This document shows, one piece after another, positions 13,758 to 27,300 of a DNA stretch of 64,000 bases. The DNA is taken from assembly GCF_000150275.1 (NCBI RefSeq), contig NW_002060947.1, positions 5,056,267 through 5,120,266 on the forward strand, written 5' to 3'. Origin of the DNA: Trichoplax adhaerens (Eukaryota > Animalia > Placozoa). The position numbers and the translations under genes are program-made. The notes beneath the pieces were generated by a model. That model did not search any database and was not told the origin of the DNA. It saw nothing but the letters and a program-made list of their open reading frames with translations. The first letter of the stretch is position 1. Each line of letters opens with the position of its first letter.

Positions 13758-16700
13758 ATGGTCACATCGTTGATTAGACAACGTTCGTTATGTACATCGT
13801 AACATAAAATTAAAGAAATACAACTATCTAATGGTGCGTGTAACTGATCCTTCGTTACTATATCCTACTTAAGATTTAGATGTAATATGAGGAAAATTTG
13901 ACATTTAGAGTCTGTACAGTAAGCGACGATTGTTAATTCAAAATAATTTTGTACAGTATTGTGCTTGCTCAAGTGAAATGTAGAATAATGGTGTCATTAC
14001 AAATTTAATAAGAATTTTCGTAAGCTAATGTGTACTATTCATCTTAATAGCTTCGATTAGAAAATTGTGCCTATGTTATCAGTGATTTATCAAACACTAA
14101 TCCAATTTGATCACTTCAAGCTATGCCTATCAGATGCTTCCTACACGATAACGATATGTTGTTGAGTATTAGCTGACTGCATGTGCTTTAATTTAGAAAC
14201 TTCCTTTTTTTCTATTTCTCTTTTACAGATTGCATGTAGCAATATTCTGCAACGAGCACTATGCAGCTCACCTGCAACAGAGGAAAAGGTATACAAAAGA
14301 GCAGACATAATATGAGCAGGATAATGCTGCGATTAGAATAGATGAATATTAGAATTAATGGCATTCAAATTATATGTGGTAGTTGAATACAAGTATGCTT
14401 GCAATTTGTTTGAAGATCTTTTGTGTTTTATGATACCTGATATGCAGTTATAGCGTTAGCTACGGATTATGACGATGATATTTAACAGTATTATTATGTT
14501 TCTTATATATATAAATAAATAACTTTGTTCGTATCAGATGATAATTCAGCAAACTGTAGATAGCGTTCAATTAACGTTTAAGTTTAAATCCTTTCTAAAT
14601 AGTTATGGCAAAGTGCCATATACCGTTTGAAGGCCAGCAATCTTGACGATCAAGTATTACCAGAGATTCATCGTAAATTTAATCAAGTCATAGGTTCAGA
14701 TGCTGTTACTAAGAAGGTACATTAATGAGATCAGTTAATTTGTTTATTATTAACAATTTAGTCAATTTTTTATTCCTGTTTCCGTTATGACAGGATATAC
14801 AGAATGGCATCTATCAATTTTACAATCAGCTATCAAAGGTAATATATGAATCATTTTGTTTTAAAATGAATCAATCGCTGTCATGTAGTGCAATTCTATA
14901 GATTAAGTAAAATAAAATATTGGCGCAAGCAGTATGGTCAGCTTTCACAAAAAAAACCTTACAAATACATTTACCTGTCTAATGTCTATACTATATAGAC
15001 TATATAATGCTACATAGCTTGATTTGAATGCAAAGTCATTCGTTCTTCACACATTGTCATATTATCAAGCATCATAAGGTATCCTTTCTGGCATTGCTAT
15101 ATAATAGTCTTCAAGTCACTACAAATGAGGCCCTAGGTAGTAACGAGGTATGTACTTCCAATAGGCTATTCAATGCTTTTCTCTGACGCAAACTGCCGAT
15201 TTGCAAGTCCTTTTTATTCCTGTCCTAAACTGCTATGTATGATTTCCGATGAAATGTACTTAGGGAAACAGCAAAATACCATTGTATCAATGGATTTTCC
15301 AACAAATGAAATACGATAGTGAAGGTGTTAAATTCCTTATAGACTGTAGAGCTGCCTTGCTTGTAAGATTAATAAACATAACTTATGCCGAATAAAATTC
15401 ATAATTATTTTGCATCTGCTTTCTACTGATTCTGTTTTACTTATTTTAAAGGATCATGTGCGTAAAAATAAAAACTTTGGAAGTATCGAAATTCCTGCAA
15501 TGGAAAAATCCCTTAAAAGTATTCTTAGAGAGTACTTTGCTACAGAGCATCTAAAAGTACGGACTGTAAGAAAAGATGATGACAAAGACTTAAAGGAAAA
15601 GGTAATGACTATATAGCTATCAGATTCTTTATTGATATGTTGAATGAAATAAGACAGGATATCACTGTAAGGAATCTAAAATTTTTAAATTTCATTGCTA
15701 AAGTGTAATTACCGGCTAGTCTTACTGATACATTTTGTGCTATAATATTACTGCTAACAGAAGCTCATTTCTAAAGCTTTTGCGTTAATTCTCGTCAAAT
15801 AGTTAATTGAATATGAAGCTGTTCATGCGTATCGAGATGATAACGATCTTGAACAAAGAATAGGATTAAATAGGCGTTGCTTCATACTAACACACAACCA
15901 GTTACCTGGAGAGCCATTGGCGATTTTACATACAGAGTTAACCGATAAAACCACCGGAAATATTCATGTAAGCTGACATAATTATGCTGCGTTAAGGGGT
16001 AGATATACTCAATATATTAGATAAATGCAGTTAATTAGAATTTTCTTAGATATGATATGGAAATGAAATCTCGGTATTCCTTTAGGACATTATAGACAGG
16101 TCAACTAATGAGAAAGAAAGAATAGAAAGAATTTTGGTAGCCATATTTTATTCCGTTTCTGTAACAAATAAAGGTTAGATATGATTTCTTGATGGTAAAA
16201 CTTTGTAATAAATATAGGAAGTTCAAGACTAGCAATATTTTTCGCTATAAAGGATTGTCAGGATTTCAATTTGGACAATATATAATTAAGAAAGCGGTTG
16301 GACAGTTACAGGAAGAATTTCCTCGGCTACGGGAATTCTTTACGTTATCCCCAATTCCAGGCTTTCGAAAGTGGCTATTGAATGAATTACGTAAAAAAGA
16401 TAGTAAGCTTTCAATGTAAAACTCGATTTGTAGTGCAAAAATTTAAGATGATCCCAGCTCATAACGCTCTCTCTTTGACTTTCTAATATTTCCTAGAGTC
16501 ACAATATTTTGGCTTAATGCAACGTATCCAAAACACATTAAACAAAGATGGTGTGGCTATGAATGTACCTGGAATGTTAGAGGTATGAACTGTAGAAGAG
16601 TGTTAGTATTTCATCACTTTTTGGGGGATGGTACGAGATAATAACTTTGGGCCTAGACACTTTACTAAAACCGATACATTTTTATTAGCTACTACAATCC

Positions 16701-17360
16701 AAGGATTGGCAAGCTGATAAAGAATCAGTAATTATCCAAGGACTAAAAGAAACGCTATTACCTCTGTGTGCTTGGTAATGCTGGATTAAAATTCATTGCA
16801 ATTCTAGTATGTTATTATTGCTCTACAGTACAGTATAAGTACGCATATCTAAATTGGTAAGAGTAACGCAATAGTACTCCTTCGCTAATTCTAGTTATTT
16901 ATTCTGCCTTGTAATTGTAGTACTGTTGATAGCTGACTAATATTATTTTTCATTACCTTTATATTGCAGTTACTTAACGTTAGAAAGAAATAGAAACCGT
17001 GCCATTAATCCAGTTGGTAAGATTCATAGTCATCAGGTTTATTATTATACAATTAGTAGCAAATAGATATTCCAAATCAGTTATTACAAGTGCTCATTTT
17101 ACTATATAGCAAATTTCCACATTGGAAATGGTGCGTGCATATACAGATTAAATTGGCTAGCAGACTTGACCAATAACGGAATGCAATCCAGTTTTGGAAT
17201 TATGGTTAATTATCAGTATATACTGAAAGAAATGCAGTATCATACGCAGCGGTATTATGAACATGGTCAAATTGGCGTCTCTAATAGTATCCACGACTAT
17301 ATCGAAGGGTCTTGTCCAGTTAATAAACCTTACTATATTGCGCGTAAAAGTAAATTATAG
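13758..17360 (+). CDS. MLYCD: Malonyl-CoA decarboxylase, multi-exon; start codon uncertain; one apparent frameshift in the exon at 15018-15147
   Basis: Exons encode IPLYQWIFQQMKYDSEGVKFLIDCRAALL, EYEAVHAYRDDNDLEQRIGLNRRCFILTHNQLPGEPLAILHTELT, AIFYSVSVTNKGLSGFQFGQYIIKKAV, FFTLSPIPGFRKWL and NPVANFHIGNGACIYRLNWLAD...SFGIMVNYQY. The C-terminus is SKL (PTS1). Confidence 0.93.
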
Positions 17361-17722
17361 GTCTAGTTTTATAACTAAATTTAAGATTACTCTGTTAGTC
17401 TATAATCTAACGATAAAATTTTCTACTAAATTGCTTGTAGTTTGGATATTTAATGTTGCATTTTTTTATGTTTTGAAGCTACCTCGATCGCCTTTTAATA
17501 ATCAGATTTTACGTTTGCGCTAATACAGCTTAGCACAAATAAAGATATTATTTGGTATCATACTTATAGATTGCTAGATTAATATTGTAAAGTAAAAGGT
17601 ATGCGAGGAAGTACAACTGGTACATTATAGCACGCAAAGTCTAACGAGCGAGGGATCGACTAGTATTATGTATTATACAATTATTTATGCTTATCAATTT
17701 AAATTTCTGTTAGTGCTGTAAG

Positions 17723-18070
17723 AGTTAATTAGTTCGTTGCATGAAGGTTATATCATTTTACGAAGATATGATCTGTAACAAGAATAATATATATAATCTA
17801 ATATGCGAATGTTTGTAGCATTGATATTAATAAATAATTATTTTCAACGGTACGGAATGTAGTGCATCTGTGCAAAATGACTGAGTTGATAATAAATTAA
17901 TCTTGTGTAGCAGTAACTCTACAGTTCACAATGAATTTGCGTATGTCATTGACCAAACAGTTAATTAGTTCGTTGCATGAAAATTATCATTTTGCGAAGA
18001 TACGACCTGTAACAAGAATAATCTAATACGTGTGGAGCTTTGATATTAATTGTTTTCAATGGTACGGAAA
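17723..18070. repeat. Diverged local direct repeat (~110-135 bp, two copies)
   Basis: 17723-17858 and 17959-18070 share AGTTAATTAGTTCGTTGCATGAA...ATCATTTTRCGAAGATAYGAYCTGTAACAAGAATAAT...TTTTCAAYGGTACGGAA. Confidence 0.85.
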
Positions 18071-18534
18071 TGTGCACGAGATTTAACCTCTGCGTTCAAT
18101 CTTGTTAAAATTTGTCATTTCATTGAATGAGCAAGTCTACACAATCCGAAGGCAAACTGAAACACTTTTACTATCCACGGATAGGAATATCATATATACG
18201 AGTCTATTATATCATTCGAAGAGCTACTTGTACAAATGATGCTGTAGATCTAATGCTATAACAGCACCGTATAATCATGGACTACTAGTAGTGGTAATTT
18301 CTAATCACGGACGATAAAATGTTCACTACAGGCTGCAATAGGCTCCGACCGACAGCAGTAAATTGTGTTTTCGGATTTCGTAACAATTACTGATAACCAG
18401 TCCTGTCATAGTCCGAGCACACGCCACAGTTATACTGTCAGACTCAAAAATTGTGCCTGGAATTATCGGATAGGAGTTAGATTGAGCAAAAGCTTGTCTT
18501 CAGATTTCGTAGTGAACAAGAAGGAAGTTGCAAT

Positions 18535-18713
18535 ACTACAGTATTCAGTACAGTACTGTACTGTACAGTACGCTACAGTGCAGTCAATTAGAGTACAATG
18601 TACTGTATTCAAGTTCGCTTTAGGATGAGTACTGTACAGTACAGTACTGTACTGCACTGTACATTGTACTGTATTTCCAATACTGTGAAGACTAGTTTGT
18701 ACTGTATTTAGCA
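18535..18713. repeat. TACAG/CTGTA array immediately upstream of the U11 snRNA promoter
   Basis: Two copies of the perfect 18-bp palindrome CAGTACAGTACTGTACTG (18546-18563, 18637-18654) plus further GTACTGTA units. Confidence 0.9.
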
Positions 18714-18730
18714 CGTACCATAATCAAAGC
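18714..18730 (+). promoter_or_regulatory. Putative snRNA proximal sequence element (PSE)
   Basis: CGTACCATAATCAAAGC at about -63 to -47 from the U11 start resembles the metazoan PSE pattern (TACC-R-TAA...AAAG) at the expected distance. Confidence 0.45.
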
Positions 18731-18776
18731 AGTTTTCATCTCCGTATATAAAGCGAATGCTTACCCTTCCTCCGCT

Positions 18777-18903
18777 AAAAGGGCTTTTGCTGAAGTGGCA
18801 CTAGGTGCATTTGTATGCGCTTAGCGGAATCGCTATCAAGAGATTTCGGAAGCATAATTTTTAAAACCTTGGGGAGTTGGTTGTCATTTGCACCGACACC
18901 CAC
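18777..18903 (+). ncRNA. RNU11: U11 minor spliceosomal snRNA
   Basis: AAAAGGGCTTTTGCTGAAGTGGCAC...GCGGAATCGCTATCAAGAGATTTCGGAAGCATAATTTTT...GGGGAGTTGGT...ACCGACACCC. This matches the vertebrate U11 5' end (AAAAAGGGCUU), the GCGGAAUCG..AUCAAGAGAUUUCGGAAGCAU core, the Sm site AUUUUU and the 3' stem-loop. Confidence 0.95.
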
Positions 18904-21397
18904 CAATAATAATTCAATTGAAGGAGTACTGCAGTGTACAGCGTAGATTACTTGGTCGATAGATCTTCAGTACTGTATTTAAACTGTGTAAACCAGATGT
19001 TACATGTTACTCATCCAATAAGAAATTTTCGATTTATAATAAGTCTTATTTTTAGCTTATGGTTAAAAGAGGTGATAAAGTGACGTTTCCATTTTATTCC
19101 ATTTCTAAATAACTTGATTAAAGTTACCGTACTGTCTGCATCTAATCTATTATAATAATTCTAAGTAATTGGCTATCAGGGCTTTCCCACAACCAGACTA
19201 CAAAACCTATCATATCCTACGGCTTTTTAAAGTTGCATTAAATTAGTGTAAGTTGGTAGAAGGTAATATTCCGCTTTAAATGCTCGATTCGATATCGAAC
19301 TAATATGAAAGGTAAAAGGTTAATGACGTAACTGGTTCAAGAACAGAATGGATGATAATTAATTTATTAACTATGAATAAATTTAAATTTTATTATCGGT
19401 GTTGCGCCGATACCTTCCTTTTACTTGCGCTCCAGAAGTGAAAATACTCCACAATCGCGAAGATAATTATGCGTTCACACTGCTTTATTTACCACCAGCT
19501 TTATGGAGCTAGTTATTCTCCATCAGATTGTATTAGGAGTCGTAGCAGATAAATTTGATAGTAAGTAGTAGAATATTTCAGGATGTAAGATTATACTGTT
19601 GTCAATTTCGTCAGATTCGTCTATGAAACGATAATTTCACTTGCTCAATTGCTAATTTTAATCGCATTTATGAATTTAGAATTATTTTGAAAGTCTTTGA
19701 TATCTCATACATTTTTATCTGCTAATGTCAACCAGTTTCATTAATAAGCAACGTATACCCAATAAGGCGAATGAGTTTTCTAGCAGCTGCAAATTTTGCT
19801 AGAGCCTGATGAGTTTTGTAATTATCATATTGAATTAACTCTTATCAGAAATCTTGTCATAAGAAGTGAGACAATACACCTAGTAATAGAAAATGATTAA
19901 ACTAATATGATGGACGATTCAACTTTTACTTAAAATTGTCAAACAATAGATTAAGTCAATATTTTAATTCTTATATGTAAACTAATTTACAAAATACGAT
20001 GACTAGTATCGTAACAGCTAAATAATTCGATCATATATAATAAGAGCAGTAGAGATATGCAACGGATGATAAGACTTGAATTATGGTATAGTACCTCCAG
20101 TAAATTTAAGATTTCAACAAAAATATGCTTTATGTCCTTAACATTTAGGCCAATTACTAAGGGAGAGAAACTTATTGTACTTGAATTACTTAAATCACCT
20201 CAGCATCGACGATCAGCATTACAGAATATACTCGTAATTTTCATGCTTGCCTATGCATTCATATGTTTTAAGATTACTAAAGAATAATGAAATTATTTTG
20301 GAATCATCTTACTTTAGTTTGTTAAGATAGCATATAATGGTTATAATATACGTTTTTCACCTCCTCAATTAATATTTATCCATCTCGCCATTCGTTTAAC
20401 TCTAAATGGAATATAATTGCGGAACCGATGAAATAATTACGTCAATATGTGTTAATTAAACACTAGATACATACTCGTAATATTCTTACGCCCGAACTAA
20501 TAAGACATAAGCATTTTTGTAATTTCAACTTCTTAGCTATATGAGTAATGTATTCTTACATATGATAACTTGAGGCTGTTATTGAAATCTTGGAAACAGG
20601 AATGAAGATTTCTGAACTCAATTTCATAACAGTCTTTGCCTGTATAGAACAGTAAGCAGGGGAAAGCAGATATATTTCCCTACAAATACCCAGCTATTGC
20701 TTTTACAATACTTTAATGTCTTCATTTAACAAAATATTTGCAGTATTCTTAAGTACTGACGCTATACAATATCATGTAACCTCATTCCGTATGATTGATT
20801 AGAAATTCGAAAATCGATTTACCTACTATTTTAGTCTACTGTGGTTGTTCCTTTCATGACTATTAATATTAGATACTTGATAAGCATTAAAGTTTAAGCT
20901 ATCAAATAATATGTACTGTATAACTATCTCATATTTATAATATACCTCTTATAATTGCTAAATGCTAATGGCCTAGAATCATTCGAGTTTAGTAGGGCAA
21001 TTTAAGCAGTGGACTAGCATGTGGCAAATATTCTAGCTAGAAAGTGCTTCAAAGGCTTAAGTCTCTTAATTGTTAGTATAAAATTAGTACTATTCTCTAT
21101 GTAAACATTGACATAAAGTGATTACTAGTTCGTAAAAATAATCGCAATGGAAGGAGTTCGTAATATTATTAGACTAATACGGATTGCAAAGATCTCTAAA
21201 ATAATGGTAATATCGTCAATACAGCAGCCTAAATATTAAGCAACAAAACAAATTTTATTGATATCAATATGCTTATGCCAGTCATTATTATAAACTAGAT
21301 ATTTAGAAGATAAATAACAGCTATTACTGACGAAATACAATTTTTATTATTCAACATTATGTGTTAATATAAAGAGTCAAAGCTTTAAAAATTACTG

Positions 21398-24300
21398 TTA
21401 CTCTTCCTTATGTTTTCGCCATGTTGAATCTTTACTAATAACTTCATTGTGTGGTCCAATCAAGGAAACCGCGTGGGCACACTTTTGAGGTGTAATATAT
21501 CTAAAGGTAATTAAGAAACCTTTACTGTATTTTTGATCATAACGGCTGTGATATCAGATTTGAAATCAGCTCATTGGCCTTCTACTATCTAGCAGTGTTA
21601 TACCCTATTTACCTTTGGGCTACATCAACAATATCATCCGCAGACACACTCTTTAATTGACGGCGATAAGATTGAAACATATCATCCGTAATTCCGTAGT
21701 AAAATATCCTAGACCCTTTATCTGATGGAGCTACTGGAGCGTCTACCTAATGTACCAGATCGCAATAGTTTCTCAACTGTTTATGTCANAATTAAGGTTA
21801 GATATATTTCCAAGCAAAAACATACCTCTGAANNNNNNNNNNNNNNNNNNNNNNNNNNNNNNNNNNNNNNNNNNNNNNNNNNCAAATATTGAAAAAGCGC
21901 ACTAGATTTGTAAATTGCCAGCATACAGTACTTGAGCTTCAATACAAACATAAGACAAACCTATATGAGTAAAAGGAAAAAACTTGATCCTTATGTCGAG
22001 CACCGCCACCGTAAGCTCCACCCTTTTCTCTAACAAACAAAAATACGACTAGTCAGTAAATAAGAATCTTACCATCACTTATATCATTTATAGCAAAATT
22101 CAAGCTAGCTGTAAGGCAATACCATGTACCTAATTTCCTTGTGAAGATATTTATTCGTTAATAATCTAGCCAATATCCTCAACCTACAGAGTTGACAATG
22201 GTTAACATGAAAATTGAAAGACTTTCTAAGAAAATCCAATCGTTAATAATCTTATCTTCATTGTTCGTACGTGCGTAAAATAAACTAACGTCAATTGCAT
22301 ATGTATGCTAACACAGTTTGTAGCCGCAAAAACACTAATAGACAATGGCTTACTTAGGTTCATCAGGATTTGTGTATGGAACAGTTGGAAAACACATCGC
22401 AGCATAATTTACCGGGAATGGAAACTCATGATGTGTTTTGATTTGCTGAGGAAGAAATTCATCGACCTACAAGTTATAAAAGCGACTCAATTTTAACGAA
22501 ACGTCTCTTCTAGAATAAAATCAGTATTAAATATGGATTATTATCACACAAAATGATAACGTTCTTTTAAATACGTGTTCATAAAATAGGTAAGGGAAAG
22601 TAAAGATTATATATTCTGCGAAAAACCTCAGTATGGGTATCTACATCTGAGCTATTCAATGGTAAGGTAGATAAAAATCCTTCTAGCACTTCCTCAGTAG
22701 CAGGCCTGTCATCTGGGTTAACGTTTACAGCACATCTAATGGAATGTAATTACAACATTATATAAGAGGACGTCAGAAATTATGAACCAATCAAAATAAA
22801 TATGGGTAAAACCTCATTTCAGAATTTGATAATACATGAGCCGCAATATTTGTCAAAACGTTAGCTAAGCTGTCCATATCGTCCTTGGCAGCGATATTTT
22901 TAATATGGTTAACCTGCAGATGACGGACATAAATGCACATGAAATATTACTATTTGACCAGCTATTTAGCAAATCAATAAATTTACTTGAGACAAGCCCG
23001 TTAATTGCTCTTTAAGTTGTGAAGCAGCAGATAAGTGACTAGCGGCAGACGTCATCGCAAATGCATGTCCAGATTGGACCACACCAGCCGACAAGTTAGA
23101 CGATAAAACTTGAACCAGAGTACGTAACCGGTCACGATCATCCAGTCCCGGTCTGCAAAAATTTTAGACCGTTAAACATCTCGCACAGCAATACATTCTT
23201 ATTTATTCCTTAGCAATTAGCACACTATATCTAATTTGTAAAAATAAGTATCGTATACATGATAATTTCATTATCTGCAATAGACAATAATTACTCCGTA
23301 AATATATCTTCCCAAATAGACAGCATGTTCATCAAATTTTTATTTAAACAATACGAATTCATCATTACCCCCTGTCGATGCAAAAAAAAATAACATTCAA
23401 ACTTTAGAACAGCCTCATACTAATAATTTAGATAAGCTTAAATAATAGTTATTATCGTATAGCATACCTGTTCAAATTTGTTACCATGACTGTGGTGGCA
23501 AAATACAGTAGGACCAGCAAAGAAACCACCGCTGTAACGTTCGATATCACGAGAAATTTCCCGGTAGTCTCTGTTTCCAGCACCGACTCTGCAATGCAAA
23601 TTGCATAAATTAGAAACTGGAAATAGAAAATAAGGATTTGATGAAGCATTACACATAAATTTTTCAATTTATTCATTATACTTTGTGAGAACATCGCAAA
23701 ACAATGGTAGATATGGTTTTAGATTATCCGGCAGATTAGCAGTACTGCAGAACATTGTCAAATACGTCATTCCGTTGGTGGGTTGATTCGAAAATTGAAC
23801 GAAAGTTCCTCCTAAGGTAATCAAGTTAAAAAAGGAATCTTCCATTACATTTTACCTCGTTTACATAACTTGAAACAGTTTCGTGACTTAATAATGCCTT
23901 AAATAAAAATCATAATTTTTATTCCTTCGAACAATAAATTGATATGATAGACATGATCGAAGTAAGGTGATATAGCATTGATAGATATTTACTACTTATT
24001 TTAATAGATGGAATAGAATCTAGAGCTGTAATATCGACTATGTAGCGACTATATACTGATTTCGTATCGATAATCTCAAATGTTATTAATTTTACCAACC
24101 TTTAATAATGTTTTCTACCTCCGTTGTAGAGGCCTTTTCGTTAATATCTAGGACAACACAAAGACTATTAGGTAAATTAACAAGTCAAGCGTAATTAGAA
24201 AGATTAACTTGGCACGTGGAGAACTATTTAACCAACCAGATATTGATAAAGTTGGTAAACATGACAAATCCTCTTCCTCATTTTGTCGCTCGAGCAAAGA

Positions 24301-27300
24301 TAGGCCTAAAACAAAGTTGTATAATAATTTAAGGCAGAATTATTACTTTTCACAACCGCAATCTTCATATACGGAACAAAATGAGCATTGGACCGCTTAA
24401 AATCGCTATAATTTGTAGTAGTCTTAAAAATTTTGTATTTCTATTCGTACCCTGTTCGTAAATCAATTTCTTTTCATCTTCTGATAGTGAAACAGTCTTC
24501 TCCTTCAGCAGATTGTCTTCACCTGCTTGTAAATCCTTTTCATAGTCATCCTACGCAACAAGGATTCAGAAATGTTTACAAATTTAGCAAACCCGCTAAC
24601 TATAGGTCATATAGTGACACAAAATATTAAATTGACGTGCCGAAGGATTCATAACCAAGACCAAACGATGTTTATTATCTTTCAATTGAGTTTTGACAAT
24701 ATCTTGCAGTAACTGACCACCATTCAGTTCACTCTATAATTTTGTTATAAAAATCTTAATTTTAAGCGAAAAAAATCCCAGCGATAATTCTTTTTAATGT
24801 ACCATACCATAAATTTATCAACCATCCTATTAACTTGTAGGGTAGGTACTGGATCTCCGTCATGCACACATGTTGGCATTAAGTTAGCAGCTAAGCCTAA
24901 ACCAAACTGAGTCGTTTGATGTTTCAAGCTTAATTCAATTAGATGTAGGACAGCATCAATTCTATCTTGATCAAATCCATCTCTAAATGAATAGCAAAAG
25001 AGGCACATCATAATTGTTACTATTTTTGTAAGCCTATTGTTTGCTTTTGCATAAAATCATATCCAATAACATCGATCATACTCAATAACGCGATCTATTG
25101 TTTCATCAATTTTGGAAATAACTTTATCAATATCATCTTCAGATATGCCACGTAAGCCAACAGAAAATACTGTTTCTTTAATTCCTGCATCAAAGCTACA
25201 AAAGTCGAAATCTATCTTAAACGTATAAGTATAAATATAGATCTAATCCAATCTTAGGAATAAAAATGTTTACCCAACGCTAGGTGAATAATTTAGACCA
25301 ATATTACTTTCAATTAAAGCCTTGTAAAAAGGTGCTTGAGGGCCATTAAGCATTAAGTATGACAAAATATTCCAGACTAAATTATCGTAAGCTTCTGTAT
25401 TCCTGTAATTGAAATTTGTTTGAAAGCAATAAAGTCAAGCTATAGAATAGATTACTTCTAATATAATTATTTAGAAAGGCGGCACATCACTAACTTACAA
25501 TATGAAATCGCATCTAATGTACATCTTATAGAAACTTTAAGTGTGCTTTTCATTGATGTTGATTAATAAAATATATGTAATTACTGTTTTAATAAGTAGC
25601 TGACGCTAACGGTTGTTTGCTTGGCTGGATTCGGTGCTAACGGTTCCGGTTTACAGCTAACCTTTTTTGTTCGCTATAAGTTAAGAATGCATTGCATTAA
25701 CAGTGTATTAATAATGTCCAAAAGCGAATGATAACTAGCAATTATCAAGAAAATATAATTAACCGGTTCCAGCCACCGAGTTTGAAAAGGGACTTCAGTG
25801 TTTGTTTCTATTGCGTCAAATTTACTAAGAGCTTCGTCATTGATGATCTTTAAATGATTTTCAAGTGGAATATCGCCATATGTATAGAACCTTAAGTGGT
25901 ATAACATTATCAACTTATCATTACAATACTTTCAAGACAAATATTTTAAATTGCTTGCATAGCAGTAACAAAATAAAAACTTACACAGAGTTACTGGGAT
26001 GATAATGCGACGCGTGAAATTGTTTCAGTGCATCCCACTACAAGATGACACAATTATAATTAATTAATATGGCCAAATGTATTGACCGTCCTAAACTTTC
26101 ATCTATCCATTAATAATATATGAGTGCCGTATAATTAATATATAATCAAACCGTTAACAGCGGAATGTGATTAGGATCTCCTCCACTGACATATGAGTAT
26201 GTATGATCAGGGAGCAAGCTACGTTGCAGTTGAACCGAAAACAGGTAATCTTGATTTTGCTACAACAACGTAGATAACCGGCAGGAACGCATTAAAATTA
26301 AAGTTAAGTTAAGGTCTAACTTCAGTTTTTAATCGTACTGTACCAGAGCTCCTTTCATCTCGTTAAAAACGACTCCCTTGAAGACAATAGGTGATTTCGG
26401 ATTCATCACATCTTCGTGCTCTAAGCGCCATCCTTCTTGCCTATAATCAATTTATTACTTAATTAACCTCACTCAAAAAAATCTTGATTGACGTAAATTT
26501 CAATCAATTTCTATCTATATGTGATAGATGTTTATCAAACACCGGTATAGAAACGATTAATTTTTAATTATTATACATACATAAAGTCGTATTTCCTTAG
26601 GCGCGGAAAGAAGGAGGCATCAAGGTAAACCGATAATAAATTTTGAAAGTCCTTGGAATTTTGAGTCGAAAATGGGTACATGGTGTAATCGCTGGCTACA
26701 TATACCATCAATTAAAATAAAGCGTACAGATAAAAATTGATGCAATCTGAACTAAATTAAACATTGCAGATGTCAAAATAGGCATCTTCTTGCAAAAAAT
26801 TTATTATGCTATCACATCTATAATAGAATTACCTGTCCACGCGTTCATAAATGTCGACAAAGACCTATTTAGCATCTTAAAGAAAGGATCACGACACGGA
26901 AACTTTTCAGAGCCACACAATACCGTATGTTCCAGTATGTGCGGTACGCCGGTATGATCCATCGGTGTAGTTCGAAAGGCTACACTAATTGTATCCGAGA
27001 CATTATTGCCTTAGTTAACGTAATATTCACTAATTATTTCGTTACATAAGATACATGTAGGTACAATATTATCGTAGAAAAGTTATTTATTTACAGATAT
27101 GATAAGTACTGTATACAACAGCAAGACAGGTAATTTACCTGAACACATTATTAGTATCTTTACGAGCTACATGTATATATCGAGCTTTCGTTTTATCATG
27201 AACTAATTGTATGGTTGTTAGATTTAAATCTTCCACATCGACAATCTGTAAATATTACAAACTTAATATTAGGTTGGAAATAGTATCAAATTATTTATAT

